A stretch of 64,000 nt of DNA, from assembly GCA_036574205.1 (NCBI GenBank), contig JAINCQ010000037.1:19541-83540 (forward strand), read 5' to 3'. This stretch comes from Elusimicrobiota bacterium. Lineage in GTDB: Bacteria > Elusimicrobiota > Elusimicrobia > Elusimicrobiales > UBA9959. The position numbers and the translations under genes were made by a program. Of the stretch, positions 46,140-56,257 are shown one piece after another. Every line of letters starts with the position of its first letter. Position 1 is the stretch's first letter. The notes beneath the pieces were generated by a model, which had not been told where the DNA came from, did not search any database, and saw only the letters and a program-made list of their open reading frames with translations.

Positions 46140-49100
46140 GAATTTACCCCCATAATCTCTTCTATTTTCTTTATTATATTTTTTGTAACTCTTATTCTCA
46201 TTGAGGTTTCTATTAAATATTGCAAACCGTTCATAGAATTTATTGAAAAATAAACTTTTGTATCTCCTGAATTATTTGGGTTTTCAAATATTTTTTTAAT
46301 TTCTTTAAGTTTCCTTGTATCTTCACTCATTACTGTTTTCCCATCAAAAAATATTATAAAACTTTTTGAGTGATTTTCTATATAGTCATATATCTCATAA
46401 ATACTATCTACTATAATTTCATATTTTTTTGAAGAAAAATCTGTTTCTTTCACAACTCCATTTACCACGACAATATTATCTATTTTTATATTGTTTTTAA
46501 ATTGATTGAACTGTTTTGGAAAAATAGTTGCGCTTATAGATTCACTTAAATCTTCAAGTTCAAATTTGCACATAATCTCATTTTTTCTAGTTGTTGTTTG
46601 TTTATTTGAAATTATTAATCCGGATATCACAACTTTAGAATTTTCCTTAACATTACCTTCTATTATCTCGCCTATGGTATGAGTTGATACCATTTTCATA
46701 ATCCTTCTAAAGTTTATCAAAGGGTTTCCTGAAAAATAAAATCCCAGAACTTCTTTTTCATTGTTTAATACCTCATGCTCTGTAAGAATTTTATCATCTG
46801 GGGATTCAAAAAGAGTATTTGTGGCAAAGGCAAGTATTGAGGCTTTTTCTTCTACCTGGCTTGCTTTTAGAGCTTTTGTCCTTTTTATATTTTTTTCTGT
46901 TTCACTAAAAAGACAATCAAAGGCTCCAGCTTTTGCAAGCGATTCAAGAACTTTTTTATTGAATTGCTTTGAATTATTTCTAGAAATAAAATCACTTATA
47001 GATTTATATTCACCGTTTCTTTCCCTTTCTTTTACTATTTCTTCAGCAACTGAGTCTCCTATGTTTTTTATCCCGGTAAGAGCAAATCTTATCCCATATT
47101 TTTCTCCATTTTTTTCTATTTCGAACAATGGGTATGAACGATTTACATCAGGCCCAAGCAACTCAAATCCCATGGATACTACTTCATCTATATATGTAAC
47201 TAACTTATTTTCTTTTTGATCAGAACCAATAGGATTATGCCCTATCTCGTTTGAAAGAAGTGAAACCATAAACTCAAGAGGATAATTTGCCTTTAAAAAA
47301 GCAGTTTGATAGGCAATTGTGGCATATGCAACAGAATGTGATTTATTAAATCCATAACCGGCGAATTTATACATTTGTTCAAATATTTTTACAGCAAGTT
47401 TTTGATGAATTGAATTTTTTTCGCAACCTTTTATAAATTGTTCTCTGACTTCTTCCATTTCCTCAGGTATTTTTTTTCCCATTGCTTTTCTTAACTTATC
47501 TGCCTCAGATGGCGAAAAACCTGCCAGTCTTTTGGATATTTCCATTACCTGTTCTTGATATATTATGGTCCCATATGTGTCTTTAAGTATATCTTCAAGC
47601 AAAGGATGATCATATATAACCTTTTCTTTTCCATGTTTCCTGTTTACAAAAGAGTTTAACATACCAGCCTCTATTGGTCCTGGCCTATATAACGCCACCA
47701 GTGCTGATACATCTGGGAAAACATTTGGTTTAAGGTTTCTCACCAATTTCTTCATTCCTTCACTTTCTAACTGAAATACGCCTGTTGTTTTGCCTTCAGA
47801 TAAAAGTTCAAAAGTTTTTTTGTCGTCAAATGGTATTTTGTCTATGTCAAATTGAGGTTCTTTAATTTTTATTCTATTTACTGTATCCTGTATAACGCTG
47901 AGTGTCCTTAATCCAAGAAAATCTATTTTTAAAAGTCCAAGTTCTGTAAGGGTATTTCCATCATATTGAGTTGTAATTATCCCATCTCTGTAGGCAAGTG
48001 GCACATATTTATATACTGGCTTATCTGTTATTACTTTACCTGCGGCATGGACCCCTGTTTGACGTTTAAGCCCTTCTATTTTTAATGCTACTTCAAAAAG
48101 CTTTTTATAATTTTCATTGCTATCTTTTAGCTTCTTTATCTCTGGGTTATTTAATGCTTCTAAAAGAGTTTCTTTGTTTATCAGTTTTGTAATTTTATTC
48201 ATTTCAGCTGCTGAAAATCCAAGCACCCTTCCAACATCTTTAATTGCTGTTTTAGCCATTATTGTGCCATAGGTTACTATATGAGCTACGTTTTCTTTCC
48301 CATATTTCTCTCTAACATACTCTATTACCAGATCTCTTCCCTTATCTGAAAAATCTATATCTAAATCTGGCATGCTTTTTCGCGAAGGGTTTAAAAAACG
48401 CTCAAATAAAAGATTATGTTTTATCGGATCAACTTTTGTTATATTCAAAGCATATGAAACAAGAGCTCCAGCCCCAGAACCTCTTCCAGGACCAACGGGA
48501 ATATTATGTTCTCTCGCATACTTTATAAAATCCATAACTATTAAAAAATAACTTGAAAATCCAGCATTTTTTATAACATCAAGCTCAAAGTTAAGTCGTT
48601 TCAGGTACTCATCAGGAATCTTACCGAATTTTTCAGTCAATCCTTCAAGACATAAGTCTCTAAGATATCTAAATTGAGGATTTTCATCATTTTCCTTTTC
48701 TTTTAGATATTTATCCGGGACATCAAAATTTGGAAAATAAATTTTATCTTTTGAGAGTTTAAAATTACATCTTTCTGCTATTTCAACAGTATTTGAAATA
48801 GCCTGGGGAATTTCATTAAATAGTTGAATCATTTCTTGTTCGGATTTGAAATAAAATTCGTCTGTTTCCATTTTAAGTCTATCTTTGTCTTCTATATTTG
48901 AGTTTGTGGATATACATATATGAACATCATGGGCAAAAGCATCCTGTTTGTTTTCGTAATGGCAATCATTTGTCGCAACCACCTTTAATCCAGTCTTTCT
49001 GGCTATTTCAACAAGAGGTTTTAAAACCTTTTTTTCATTTTCTATATTATGATCCATTAGTTCAATAAAAAAATCCTCAGCGCCACATATGCTTTTAAAT

Positions 49101-49606
49101 CTATCCGCTATTTCAGTGGCTTTCTGTATATTACCTTCAAGAATATACTGTGATATCAAAGATTGAATGCAACCAGAGAGGAAAATTATCCCTTTATGAT
49201 ATTTTTCTAGAAGCTCAAAATCTATTCGTGGATGGTAATAAAATCCCTCAATATAAGCCATTGAAAGCATCTCAACTAAATTAAAATAACCTTCATTGTC
49301 TTTTACAAGAGCTGTAAGATGTCCCACTTTTTGAGTTGAGTTTTTAGATCTATCTTTTCTGTCATTTTCCGCTATATATAATTCACAGCCTAAAATAGGT
49401 TTTAATCCAACTTTTATAGCATTGTTATAAAATGATATTGCTCCATACATATTACCATGGTCTGTGAAAGCCAGCGCTGGTATTTTCTCTTTTAGAAGTC
49501 TGTTTAAAAATCTTGAAGGTTTGCCATCTATCTCTGTAATTCTTAACATTCCATCAAGAAGAGAGTATTCCGAGTGATTGTGGAGATGTATGAATTTTGC
49601 CTGCAT
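46124..49606 (-). CDS. dnaE: DNA polymerase III alpha subunit
   Basis: 1160-aa ORF with a PHP N-terminus (FIHLHNHSEYSLLDG), polymerase core motifs (PDLDIDF, GLLKIDFLGLRTL, FNKSHSVAYA) and an OB-fold C-terminus. Confidence 0.95.
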   Translation of the reverse strand: MQAKFIHLHNHSEYSLLDGMLRITEIDGKPSRFLNRLLKEKIPALAFTDHGNMYGAISFYNNAIKVGLKPILGCELYIAENDRKDRSKNSTQKVGHLTALVKDNEGYFNLVEMLSMAYIEGFYYHPRIDFELLEKYHKGIIFLSGCIQSLISQYILEGNIQKATEIADRFKSICGAEDFFIELMDHNIENEKKVLKPLVEIARKTGLKVVATNDCHYENKQDAFAHDVHICISTNSNIEDKDRLKMETDEFYFKSEQEMIQLFNEIPQAISNTVEIAERCNFKLSKDKIYFPNFDVPDKYLKEKENDENPQFRYLRDLCLEGLTEKFGKIPDEYLKRLNFELDVIKNAGFSSYFLIVMDFIKYAREHNIPVGPGRGSGAGALVSYALNITKVDPIKHNLLFERFLNPSRKSMPDLDIDFSDKGRDLVIEYVREKYGKENVAHIVTYGTIMAKTAIKDVGRVLGFSAAEMNKITKLINKETLLEALNNPEIKKLKDSNENYKKLFEVALKIEGLKRQTGVHAAGKVITDKPVYKYVPLAYRDGIITTQYDGNTLTELGLLKIDFLGLRTLSVIQDTVNRIKIKEPQFDIDKIPFDDKKTFELLSEGKTTGVFQLESEGMKKLVRNLKPNVFPDVSALVALYRPGPIEAGMLNSFVNRKHGKEKVIYDHPLLEDILKDTYGTIIYQEQVMEISKRLAGFSPSEADKLRKAMGKKIPEEMEEVREQFIKGCEKNSIHQKLAVKIFEQMYKFAGYGFNKSHSVAYATIAYQTAFLKANYPLEFMVSLLSNEIGHNPIGSDQKENKLVTYIDEVVSMGFELLGPDVNRSYPLFEIEKNGEKYGIRFALTGIKNIGDSVAEEIVKERERNGEYKSISDFISRNNSKQFNKKVLESLAKAGAFDCLFSETEKNIKRTKALKASQVEEKASILAFATNTLFESPDDKILTEHEVLNNEKEVLGFYFSGNPLINFRRIMKMVSTHTIGEIIEGNVKENSKVVISGLIISNKQTTTRKNEIMCKFELEDLSESISATIFPKQFNQFKNNIKIDNIVVVNGVVKETDFSSKKYEIIVDSIYEIYDYIENHSKSFIIFFDGKTVMSEDTRKLKEIKKIFENPNNSGDTKVYFSINSMNGLQYLIETSMRIRVTKNIIKKIEEIMGVNSWKID

Positions 49607-49735
49607 ACATAAATTATATAATAAATAGTCAAACTCGTAAATTTGTTTTTACAAGCTATGATATGGTATAGGCAATAAGGATGATTGGATTTATTAAAAT
49701 AGAAATTATTTCTTTCTGTTTTTTATTTATGTTCT

Positions 49736-50317
49736 ATGTTAAAATATATTTGTATGAAAAAAATTATAGAAAAAAATTATAGAGAAAAAAGAATTTATAA
49801 AGGCAAAGCAATATCATTTATGGTTGATACTGTCATTTTGCCAAACGGAAAAAAAGCCACCAGAGAATTTATGGACCATCCTGGGGCGGTTGCTGTTTTG
49901 GCAGTCAACAAAAAAAATGAAATAATATTTGTGCAACAATACCGTTATCCTGTAAATAAAATAACTTATGAGATACCTGCTGGAAAGCTCAATTTTAAGG
50001 GTGATAACTTTTTAAAAAGAGCAAGAGCTGAGTTAATGGAAGAAACAGGATATACTGCCAGAAGATTAAATCATTTAATAGATTTCTGGCCAACCCCTGC
50101 TTTTTCAAATGAGATTTTAAGAATATATATTGCAAGAGATCTTAAAAAGGGGGCTGCATCTCCTGATGAGGATGAATTTTTGAATGTAAAAAAAATAAAA
50201 GATGTAGATGCGTTAAAAATGATTAAAAAAGGAGATATAAAAGATTCTAAAACAATCATAGCAGTTTTCTATTATTTTTTGTTTGTTAAAAAAGTTTCTG
50301 ATTTATGCGTAAAATAA
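49736..50317 (+). CDS. Nudix hydrolase (ADP-ribose pyrophosphatase-like)
   Basis: 193-aa ORF with the Nudix box GKLNFKGDNFLKRARAELMEETGY. The true start may be the internal MKKIIEK. Confidence 0.75.
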   Translation: MLKYICMKKIIEKNYREKRIYKGKAISFMVDTVILPNGKKATREFMDHPGAVAVLAVNKKNEIIFVQQYRYPVNKITYEIPAGKLNFKGDNFLKRARAELMEETGYTARRLNHLIDFWPTPAFSNEILRIYIARDLKKGAASPDEDEFLNVKKIKDVDALKMIKKGDIKDSKTIIAVFYYFLFVKKVSDLCVK

Positions 50318-51606
50318 ATCTTTCTGATATTCCCCATCTTCCAGGCGTTTATATAATGAAGGATATCCATGGACGAATAATATATATAGGCAAAGCAAAA
50401 GACCTTAGAAAAAGAGTTGGTTCATATTTTGGTGAAGGAAGCAAAAATTTTAAAGCTTTTAATATAAGCTTATTTATTCATAGAATAGATTTTATAATTT
50501 CAAACAGCGAAAAAGAGGCATTGTTGTTAGAGAGAAAATTGATAGGCGATATAAAGCCTTTTTTTAACACTGTATGGAAAGATTCAAAATCATATTCGTA
50601 TCTTGCAATTACGAAGGAGGATTTTCCAAGGATTTTTTTTACAAGAAATAGAAAAATAAATGCTTATTATTTTGGTCCTTATCCTAAGCTTGAGATTGTA
50701 AGGAGGTTTGTAGACGAATTACAATCTATAGGCCTTATTAATTTAAGAAGATGCAGATATAATTTTTCGTTTAAAAAACCTCTTAAAAGATCACAATTTG
50801 AAAAATGCATATATTATCATACCAAACAGTGTCCAGCTCCATGTGATGAATTGCGTATTTCAAAGAAGGAATATAAAAAACTTGTTAATAGAGCTATTGA
50901 TCTTTTTAATGGAAGAAGTAAAAAATTAATTGCAGAATTTAAGTCTAAGATGGAAAAAGCAGTAGCAAATCTTGAATATGAAAAAGCAATAAAATATAGA
51001 GATTTTATAAAAGCGATAAATCATATATATGAAAGGGTTTCATTATATAAAAGTGATATATGGGATATTGAATCAAAACTAAATATGACTAATACCCTAA
51101 TTGAACTTAAAAAGATTTTGCATCTTAAAAAAATTCCATATCATATAGAATCATTTGATATTTCAAATCTTTACAATAAATGGGCAGTAGGTGGATCTGT
51201 TTGCTTTATAAATGGAGAAAAAAATTATGAGCATTATAGGCGTTATAAAATAAGATTTGATGACTTAAAAGATGGTGGAAATGATTATAAGATGATTTAT
51301 GAGGTAGTATCAAGAAGGCTTAAGAAAGCATTGTTAGAGGGTGAAATTCCAGATTTAATCATAATAGATGGTGGCAAAGGCCAGCTATCTATGGCTTTAA
51401 AAGCAGCAGATGATATTGGGGTTAAAGTAGATATTGTATCTATTGCGAAAAAAAATGAAGAGATATATCTTCCCCAATCCAGCAATCCAATAATTCTGCC
51501 AAAAGATTCAAAAGAGCTTCTATTTTTGATTTCAATCAGGGATGAGACACATAGATTTGCAGTTAGCTATCACAGAAAATTACGAAGTATGGATTTTTTG
51601 ATATAA
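50305..51606 (+). CDS. uvrC: UvrC-like excinuclease lacking the C-terminal (HhH)2 domain
   Basis: 433-aa ORF with a GIY-YIG domain (PGVYIMKDIHGRIIYIGKAKDLRKRVGSYF) and a UVR motif (LEYEKAIKYRDFIKAI). It also has the RNase-H-like endonuclease domain (IESFDISN..., IIDGGKGQ, IRDETHRFA). It ends right after that domain. Confidence 0.7.
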   Translation: MRKINLSDIPHLPGVYIMKDIHGRIIYIGKAKDLRKRVGSYFGEGSKNFKAFNISLFIHRIDFIISNSEKEALLLERKLIGDIKPFFNTVWKDSKSYSYLAITKEDFPRIFFTRNRKINAYYFGPYPKLEIVRRFVDELQSIGLINLRRCRYNFSFKKPLKRSQFEKCIYYHTKQCPAPCDELRISKKEYKKLVNRAIDLFNGRSKKLIAEFKSKMEKAVANLEYEKAIKYRDFIKAINHIYERVSLYKSDIWDIESKLNMTNTLIELKKILHLKKIPYHIESFDISNLYNKWAVGGSVCFINGEKNYEHYRRYKIRFDDLKDGGNDYKMIYEVVSRRLKKALLEGEIPDLIIIDGGKGQLSMALKAADDIGVKVDIVSIAKKNEEIYLPQSSNPIILPKDSKELLFLISIRDETHRFAVSYHRKLRSMDFLI

Positions 51607-51613
51607 TGCTTGT

Positions 51614-53395
51614 ATGGTAATCTTAGGTAGTTTTAGAAATATTTCTTTGAGCTTTTTAAATAAAGTAATCTCTAAATTAAATTATTCAAATAGATTTTAT
51701 AAAATTCCATTTTGTTCTATATATTATTTGCTTGAAAATGAAGATGAAATCTATTTTGATGAGAAATTACGTGTGGGGGTTATATTTAACGGGGAGTTAT
51801 ATAATTTCTTTGGACAGAAGGTAGCAAATACAAATATTTCCAAAAAAATATATTCAATGTATATTGAGAACCAGGTTTTTGAGAAAAAACTAAATGGTTT
51901 TTTTAAAATAATTATAATAGATTGGCGTATAAAGAATATTATTCTTATTACTGACAGGCTTGGTTTTGGCAGTATGTATTATAGTTTCTGTGATGGATTT
52001 TTTTCGGTTTCAACAGAGTTTAGTTTTTATTATGATTTTTATCATAATAATTTTGTTGAAAAGCAAATAAATGATAAATTGATTCTGGATTATCTTGTTA
52101 ATAAGATTGATACTTCTTTATTTTATGGGAAAACTGTTATAAATAACGTATTTTGTGTGCGTCCTTCAAGCAAAGTTTTTTTAACTTCCAAAGGAATGTT
52201 TGAAAAGAAATATTTTATTCCTAAGCTTAATGATAAAATAGGAAGTTTCAATCCTGCTGATTTTAAAAATAAATCTCTTGAATTTTATGAAATTTTGAAA
52301 GATACAGTAAAAGCAAGAATCCCTCAAAAAGGCAGTTATGGAATTGAACTTTCTGGTGGTATTGATTCAACATCCATTTTATTTGTTATACTTGAGCTTA
52401 TAAAAAGCGGTGCTAATGACAGGCTGAGTATATTAAATGTATATCATGAAGATGAAAAAGGGTATATAGATGTGATTGATAGAAAGTTAAAAAGATATGG
52501 CTTTTCTTTAACTAAATTAAGTTATAGAGAACCTGATTTTGAAAAAGTTGTAAGACTTTTGTTAATAAGTTCAAAACTTTACACATCCTATAATTTTCTA
52601 AGCAGTTCAATTATCCTCAAAGAAGGAAAAGAAATGGGAATTAATGTGATGTTTGATGGAGATGGTCCTGATGAAATGATGGGAGGTTATGAGAATAAAT
52701 ACTTTAACCTTTATCTTATGGATTATTATAAGGAATTTGGACTAAAAGCTTTTTTAAAAGAATATAAATTTTATAAAGAAAAACTTTTTAATTTTAATCC
52801 TACGCTTAAATATAGTAAAAATATAAGTGATCTTCTTTTCCGGATTGATTATATGAGGCGTTCTCAAATTGATAGATTTGCTGAAAAGATTTTATCACAG
52901 CCTTATAAAGGGTATTTTAACGATGATCTTGTTATGAAAACGCTTACCTCGTCTTTTGTTTTTGATACCTATTATCAAATAGCAGTTGGAAGCGGGATGG
53001 AGTTTAAATATCGTCGTCCTTATCTTGATAATAAGGTTATTGATTTTATTTTTAGTTTACCTGTTTGTTATAAAATACATAATGGAGTCGGCAAATATAT
53101 TTTAAAAAGTGCCATACGTTCAAGAATACCATTAGAGATAATTTGCAGAGAAAAGTTTGGAGGAATGGTAAATTACAATTTTGTAAAAAATTTTCTTTTA
53201 AATAACAAAAATATAATTTTTGAGTTAATTAAAGATGGGTATGTGTCAAAATATATAGTTCTAAAACCCTTGATTAAAAACTTTCGATGGTTGATAGACA
53301 ACAAAAATCCTCATATAATATTGAGAGTATTGAATATTGAACTGATTTTAGAAGCATTGAATAAAAAAAGCTTTTATAAAAAATGGGTTGAATGA
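51614..53395 (+). CDS. Asparagine-synthase-family protein without the N-terminal catalytic Cys
   Basis: 593-aa ORF. A GATase-like N-domain is recognisable (VIFNGELYNF, ITDRLGFGSMYY) but the protein starts MVILGS, with no Cys2. The PP-loop ELSGGIDSTS is intact. Confidence 0.7.
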   Translation: MVILGSFRNISLSFLNKVISKLNYSNRFYKIPFCSIYYLLENEDEIYFDEKLRVGVIFNGELYNFFGQKVANTNISKKIYSMYIENQVFEKKLNGFFKIIIIDWRIKNIILITDRLGFGSMYYSFCDGFFSVSTEFSFYYDFYHNNFVEKQINDKLILDYLVNKIDTSLFYGKTVINNVFCVRPSSKVFLTSKGMFEKKYFIPKLNDKIGSFNPADFKNKSLEFYEILKDTVKARIPQKGSYGIELSGGIDSTSILFVILELIKSGANDRLSILNVYHEDEKGYIDVIDRKLKRYGFSLTKLSYREPDFEKVVRLLLISSKLYTSYNFLSSSIILKEGKEMGINVMFDGDGPDEMMGGYENKYFNLYLMDYYKEFGLKAFLKEYKFYKEKLFNFNPTLKYSKNISDLLFRIDYMRRSQIDRFAEKILSQPYKGYFNDDLVMKTLTSSFVFDTYYQIAVGSGMEFKYRRPYLDNKVIDFIFSLPVCYKIHNGVGKYILKSAIRSRIPLEIICREKFGGMVNYNFVKNFLLNNKNIIFELIKDGYVSKYIVLKPLIKNFRWLIDNKNPHIILRVLNIELILEALNKKSFYKKWVE

Positions 53396-53715
53396 ATAAA
53401 ACAAAATTTTTAAAAGAAATTAAAAAATATCCTTTATTTTTTCAAAAAGTCTGGTTTTGTTGTATGAGCATTCCCTGTGGCAAGACCCGAAGTTATAAAT
53501 GGATAGCTGAAAAAATAGGTCACCCAAAAGCTTATAGAGCAGTTGCGCTTGCCTTAAAAAGAAATCCTTTTGCCCCATATGTACCCTGTCATAGAGTTAT
53601 ACGATCTGATGGAAAAATTGGTGGATACTCCGCAAAAGGTGGAATAAAGAAGAAGAAAGAATTAATTGAGAAAGAAATGTTATTATCCAGAAGGAATAAG
53701 AATAAACTCAAATAA
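53392..53715 (+). CDS. Single-domain O6-alkylguanine-DNA alkyltransferase (MGMT/Ogt C-terminal domain)
   Basis: 107-aa ORF with IPCGKTRSY, the active site PCHRVI, and GGY. Its start overlaps the upstream stop by 4 nt. Confidence 0.8.
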   Translation: MNKTKFLKEIKKYPLFFQKVWFCCMSIPCGKTRSYKWIAEKIGHPKAYRAVALALKRNPFAPYVPCHRVIRSDGKIGGYSAKGGIKKKKELIEKEMLLSRRNKNKLK

Positions 53716-54599
53716 AAATTGTGGCTCTTTTATTTCTCTATTGTCGGATATTATTTTTTTTGTTTTATTTATCTTACTTATAATCTCTTTATCAAGGAAG
53801 GTTTTTGGAGCCTGCAGTATTCTTGGAGTTTCAAGTAAAAATTGAAATCCCTTTTTAGAAAAAATCTTTTTGCACTCAATTGGGGCAAATTCAAAGTCAT
53901 CTTTAAAAATAAAATATTTTGATAGTATTGTTTTTCTTATATAAGCGATTTTTGGTATATACATATTCATAAAGTTGTATATATTTTCACCTCTTTTTAT
54001 ACTTTTTTTGCAGTCATATGAACATGGATGCCAGGTAATAAATGGCTCAAAGCTATCCCTTTTTCAAAAAATGGCATATTATCATCAATATATTTTTTTA
54101 ACATATCCCTTGTTCCATAATTTTCATTAGGGATCCTTGAATAAAAATTTGTAATATTATTAAGCCAGAAAGGAATGTTTTCTGTTTTTTTAGTTTTTGA
54201 GAAAATGTGTTTTATAAGAGGGTAGTATCCCTTAAAAGTATTATCCTTCCATATCTTATATTCCTTTACGCAGCAATCAGGATATCCTAAATGAACCCCC
54301 CATTCTATAATCTTATTGTTAAGAAACATTTTCTTTGCAGCATTCATTCTTTTTAAATTGGTTCCTATAAGTATATCTGAATGTTCTTCCTTAAAAACAT
54401 TTTTACCATCTTCTTTCATCAAAAGCATCTTAAACCCAAACTTATCACAAAGTTCAGTCATGGCTTTCATATCTTCTTTTGTTTGAACTGCCGTATAAAC
54501 CACATCCTTATCCTGACAAAGAAGCGATACCAGATCGTTTATCTGAATGGTCCTTGGTCTTTTTTCTATAAGATACTTTTTTATCGTTTCTTTATCCAT
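53683..54599 (-). pseudogene. One gene split by a -1 frame change at an A5 run (ORFs 53997-54599 and 53683-53970)
   Basis: I translated the junction by hand. The 200-aa frame reads ...MPFFEKGIALSHLLPGIHVHMTAKKV*. The -1 frame opens at GAAAAAGGG (54057-54065). It reads KRDSFEPFITWHPCSYDCKKSIKRGENIYNF and runs straight into the 95-aa ORF (MNMYIPK...). The joined product would be about 305 aa. Confidence 0.6.
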
Positions 54600-54602
54600 T
54601 TT

Positions 54603-55598
54603 TTAAAACTCCGATTTTAATCTTCTTGACATAAGCGATTTTAACGCATCTTCTGGTTTTTTAGAATGATAGATTACATAATAAACCTCATTTGTTATTG
54701 GCATCTCTATTCCGATTTTTTTTGAAAGTTCATAAACTGCCTTGCTTGTCTTAATACCTTCTGCTATATGAGTTGTATTTTGAATAAATTCTTTTAATTT
54801 TTTACCTTTACCTAAGTTATATCCGACTGAGTAGTTCCTTGAAATTTTTGAGTTACAGGTAAGAAGCAGATCTCCTATTCCACTAAGTCCAAGAAATGTT
54901 ATATCTTTTGCTCCAAATTTTTTACCAAATTTCCTTATTTCGTTTAATCCTCTTGTTATCAATGCAGCTTTTGTATTGTTACCAAGACCAAGTGCGTCGC
55001 ACATCCCTGCTGCTATTGCAATGACATTTTTTAATGCTCCAGATAACTCAGTTCCTACAATGTCATCATTTTCATAAACTCTAAAATATTTGCAATTAAG
55101 AATTTTCTGTAGTTTTTTCCTTTCAGCTCTATCTGGTCCAGCTATTGTTGTCGCAGCTGGCATTTTGTTTGCTATTTCTATCGCAAAATTTGGTCCTGAA
55201 AGAACATATGTTGGTTTTTTAAATATTTGGTATAAAATCTCTGACGGCCTTTCAAATGTCTTTAATTCTATTCCTTTTGAAAGACTTAATATAATATTCC
55301 CTTTAAATGCTATCCCATATGAAGTAAGTGTAGTTCTGATATATTGAGTTGGGACTGCATTTATAAGTAATTTAGATTCGCTAATTGCATCGCTTATATT
55401 ATGTACTGCTTTTAGTTTTTTTGGCAGTTTTATACCTTTAAGAAAAATCTCGTTTTCGTGTTTTAAATTAATACTGTTTATTACCTCGGCTTCTCTTGCC
55501 CATATAACTACATTAAATCCTTTTTCTGAAAGTATTTTTGCAACAGTTGTTCCCCATGTCCCCGCGCCAATAACTGAAATTTTATTTATTTTACTCAT
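54603..55598 (-). CDS. gpsA: NAD(P)H-dependent glycerol-3-phosphate dehydrogenase
   Basis: 331-aa ORF with ISVIGAGTWGT, GPNFAIE, the LKNVIAIAAG motif, and GIGDLLLTC. Confidence 0.9.
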   Translation of the reverse strand: MSKINKISVIGAGTWGTTVAKILSEKGFNVVIWAREAEVINSINLKHENEIFLKGIKLPKKLKAVHNISDAISESKLLINAVPTQYIRTTLTSYGIAFKGNIILSLSKGIELKTFERPSEILYQIFKKPTYVLSGPNFAIEIANKMPAATTIAGPDRAERKKLQKILNCKYFRVYENDDIVGTELSGALKNVIAIAAGMCDALGLGNNTKAALITRGLNEIRKFGKKFGAKDITFLGLSGIGDLLLTCNSKISRNYSVGYNLGKGKKLKEFIQNTTHIAEGIKTSKAVYELSKKIGIEMPITNEVYYVIYHSKKPEDALKSLMSRRLKSEF

Positions 55599-55644
55599 AA
55601 AACTATTATATAAAATATGATTAATTAAAAACCTTAATTGAATA

Positions 55645-56256
55645 TTAGCCTTTTATATATTTTATGTAATCCTGACGAGTATCTATGTCTTTTAATATAT
55701 TTTTATCTGATACAACCAAATCCATTACCTTAACCTTCGGATGATGTGTTACCCAGTGCAACCCTTTTTTATATGGCGCATTAATAATGAGGGAAAGGTA
55801 TTTAGCTGGTATTATTATTGGGTGCCCGCGTTTGAAATAAAAATTATCTTTTCCCTCCTGTATTTTTACTTTTGGAATTATTATAGAATTTTTATTTTTT
55901 TTATAAAAATTTATTATTTTTTTATAAGTTGATAATTTTATTAAAGGCTGGTCTACAAGATTTATCATAATTGGAGTTTTAATATTTTTTGATTGTAAAT
56001 ATCTAACTGCAACTTTAAGCGAATTAAGTTGCTTTGAAAAATATTTAGGATTTAAAAGGATAATTGCATTTTCTATATTTAAAGAAGTTATCTTTTTTAT
56101 ATTTTGTTTTCCAGCTACTATTATGAGTTTATCTGAAACTTTTCTTAACTTCAGGGATATTTCTTCAATAAATGTTTTGTCTTTTATTTTTAATAATGCT
56201 TTATCTTTTTCTCCCATTCTTAGAGATTTTCCAGCTGCAAGTATTATGGAAATCAT
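55645..56256 (-). CDS. MobA/MocA-like nucleotidyltransferase (YgfJ-like)
   Basis: 203-aa ORF starting MISIILAAGKSLRMG..DKALL, the typical MobA-like NTP-transferase N-terminus. Confidence 0.65.
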   Translation of the reverse strand: MISIILAAGKSLRMGEKDKALLKIKDKTFIEEISLKLRKVSDKLIIVAGKQNIKKITSLNIENAIILLNPKYFSKQLNSLKVAVRYLQSKNIKTPIMINLVDQPLIKLSTYKKIINFYKKNKNSIIIPKVKIQEGKDNFYFKRGHPIIIPAKYLSLIINAPYKKGLHWVTHHPKVKVMDLVVSDKNILKDIDTRQDYIKYIKG

Positions 56257-56257
56257 C

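Noticed and set aside
51614-54599. Lasso-peptide or other RiPP cluster built around the Cys-less AsnB homologue
   Set aside because: I found no transglutaminase-like protease, PqqD-like RRE, ABC exporter or plausible precursor ORF next to it. It is kept only as a low-priority question under the AsnB finding.
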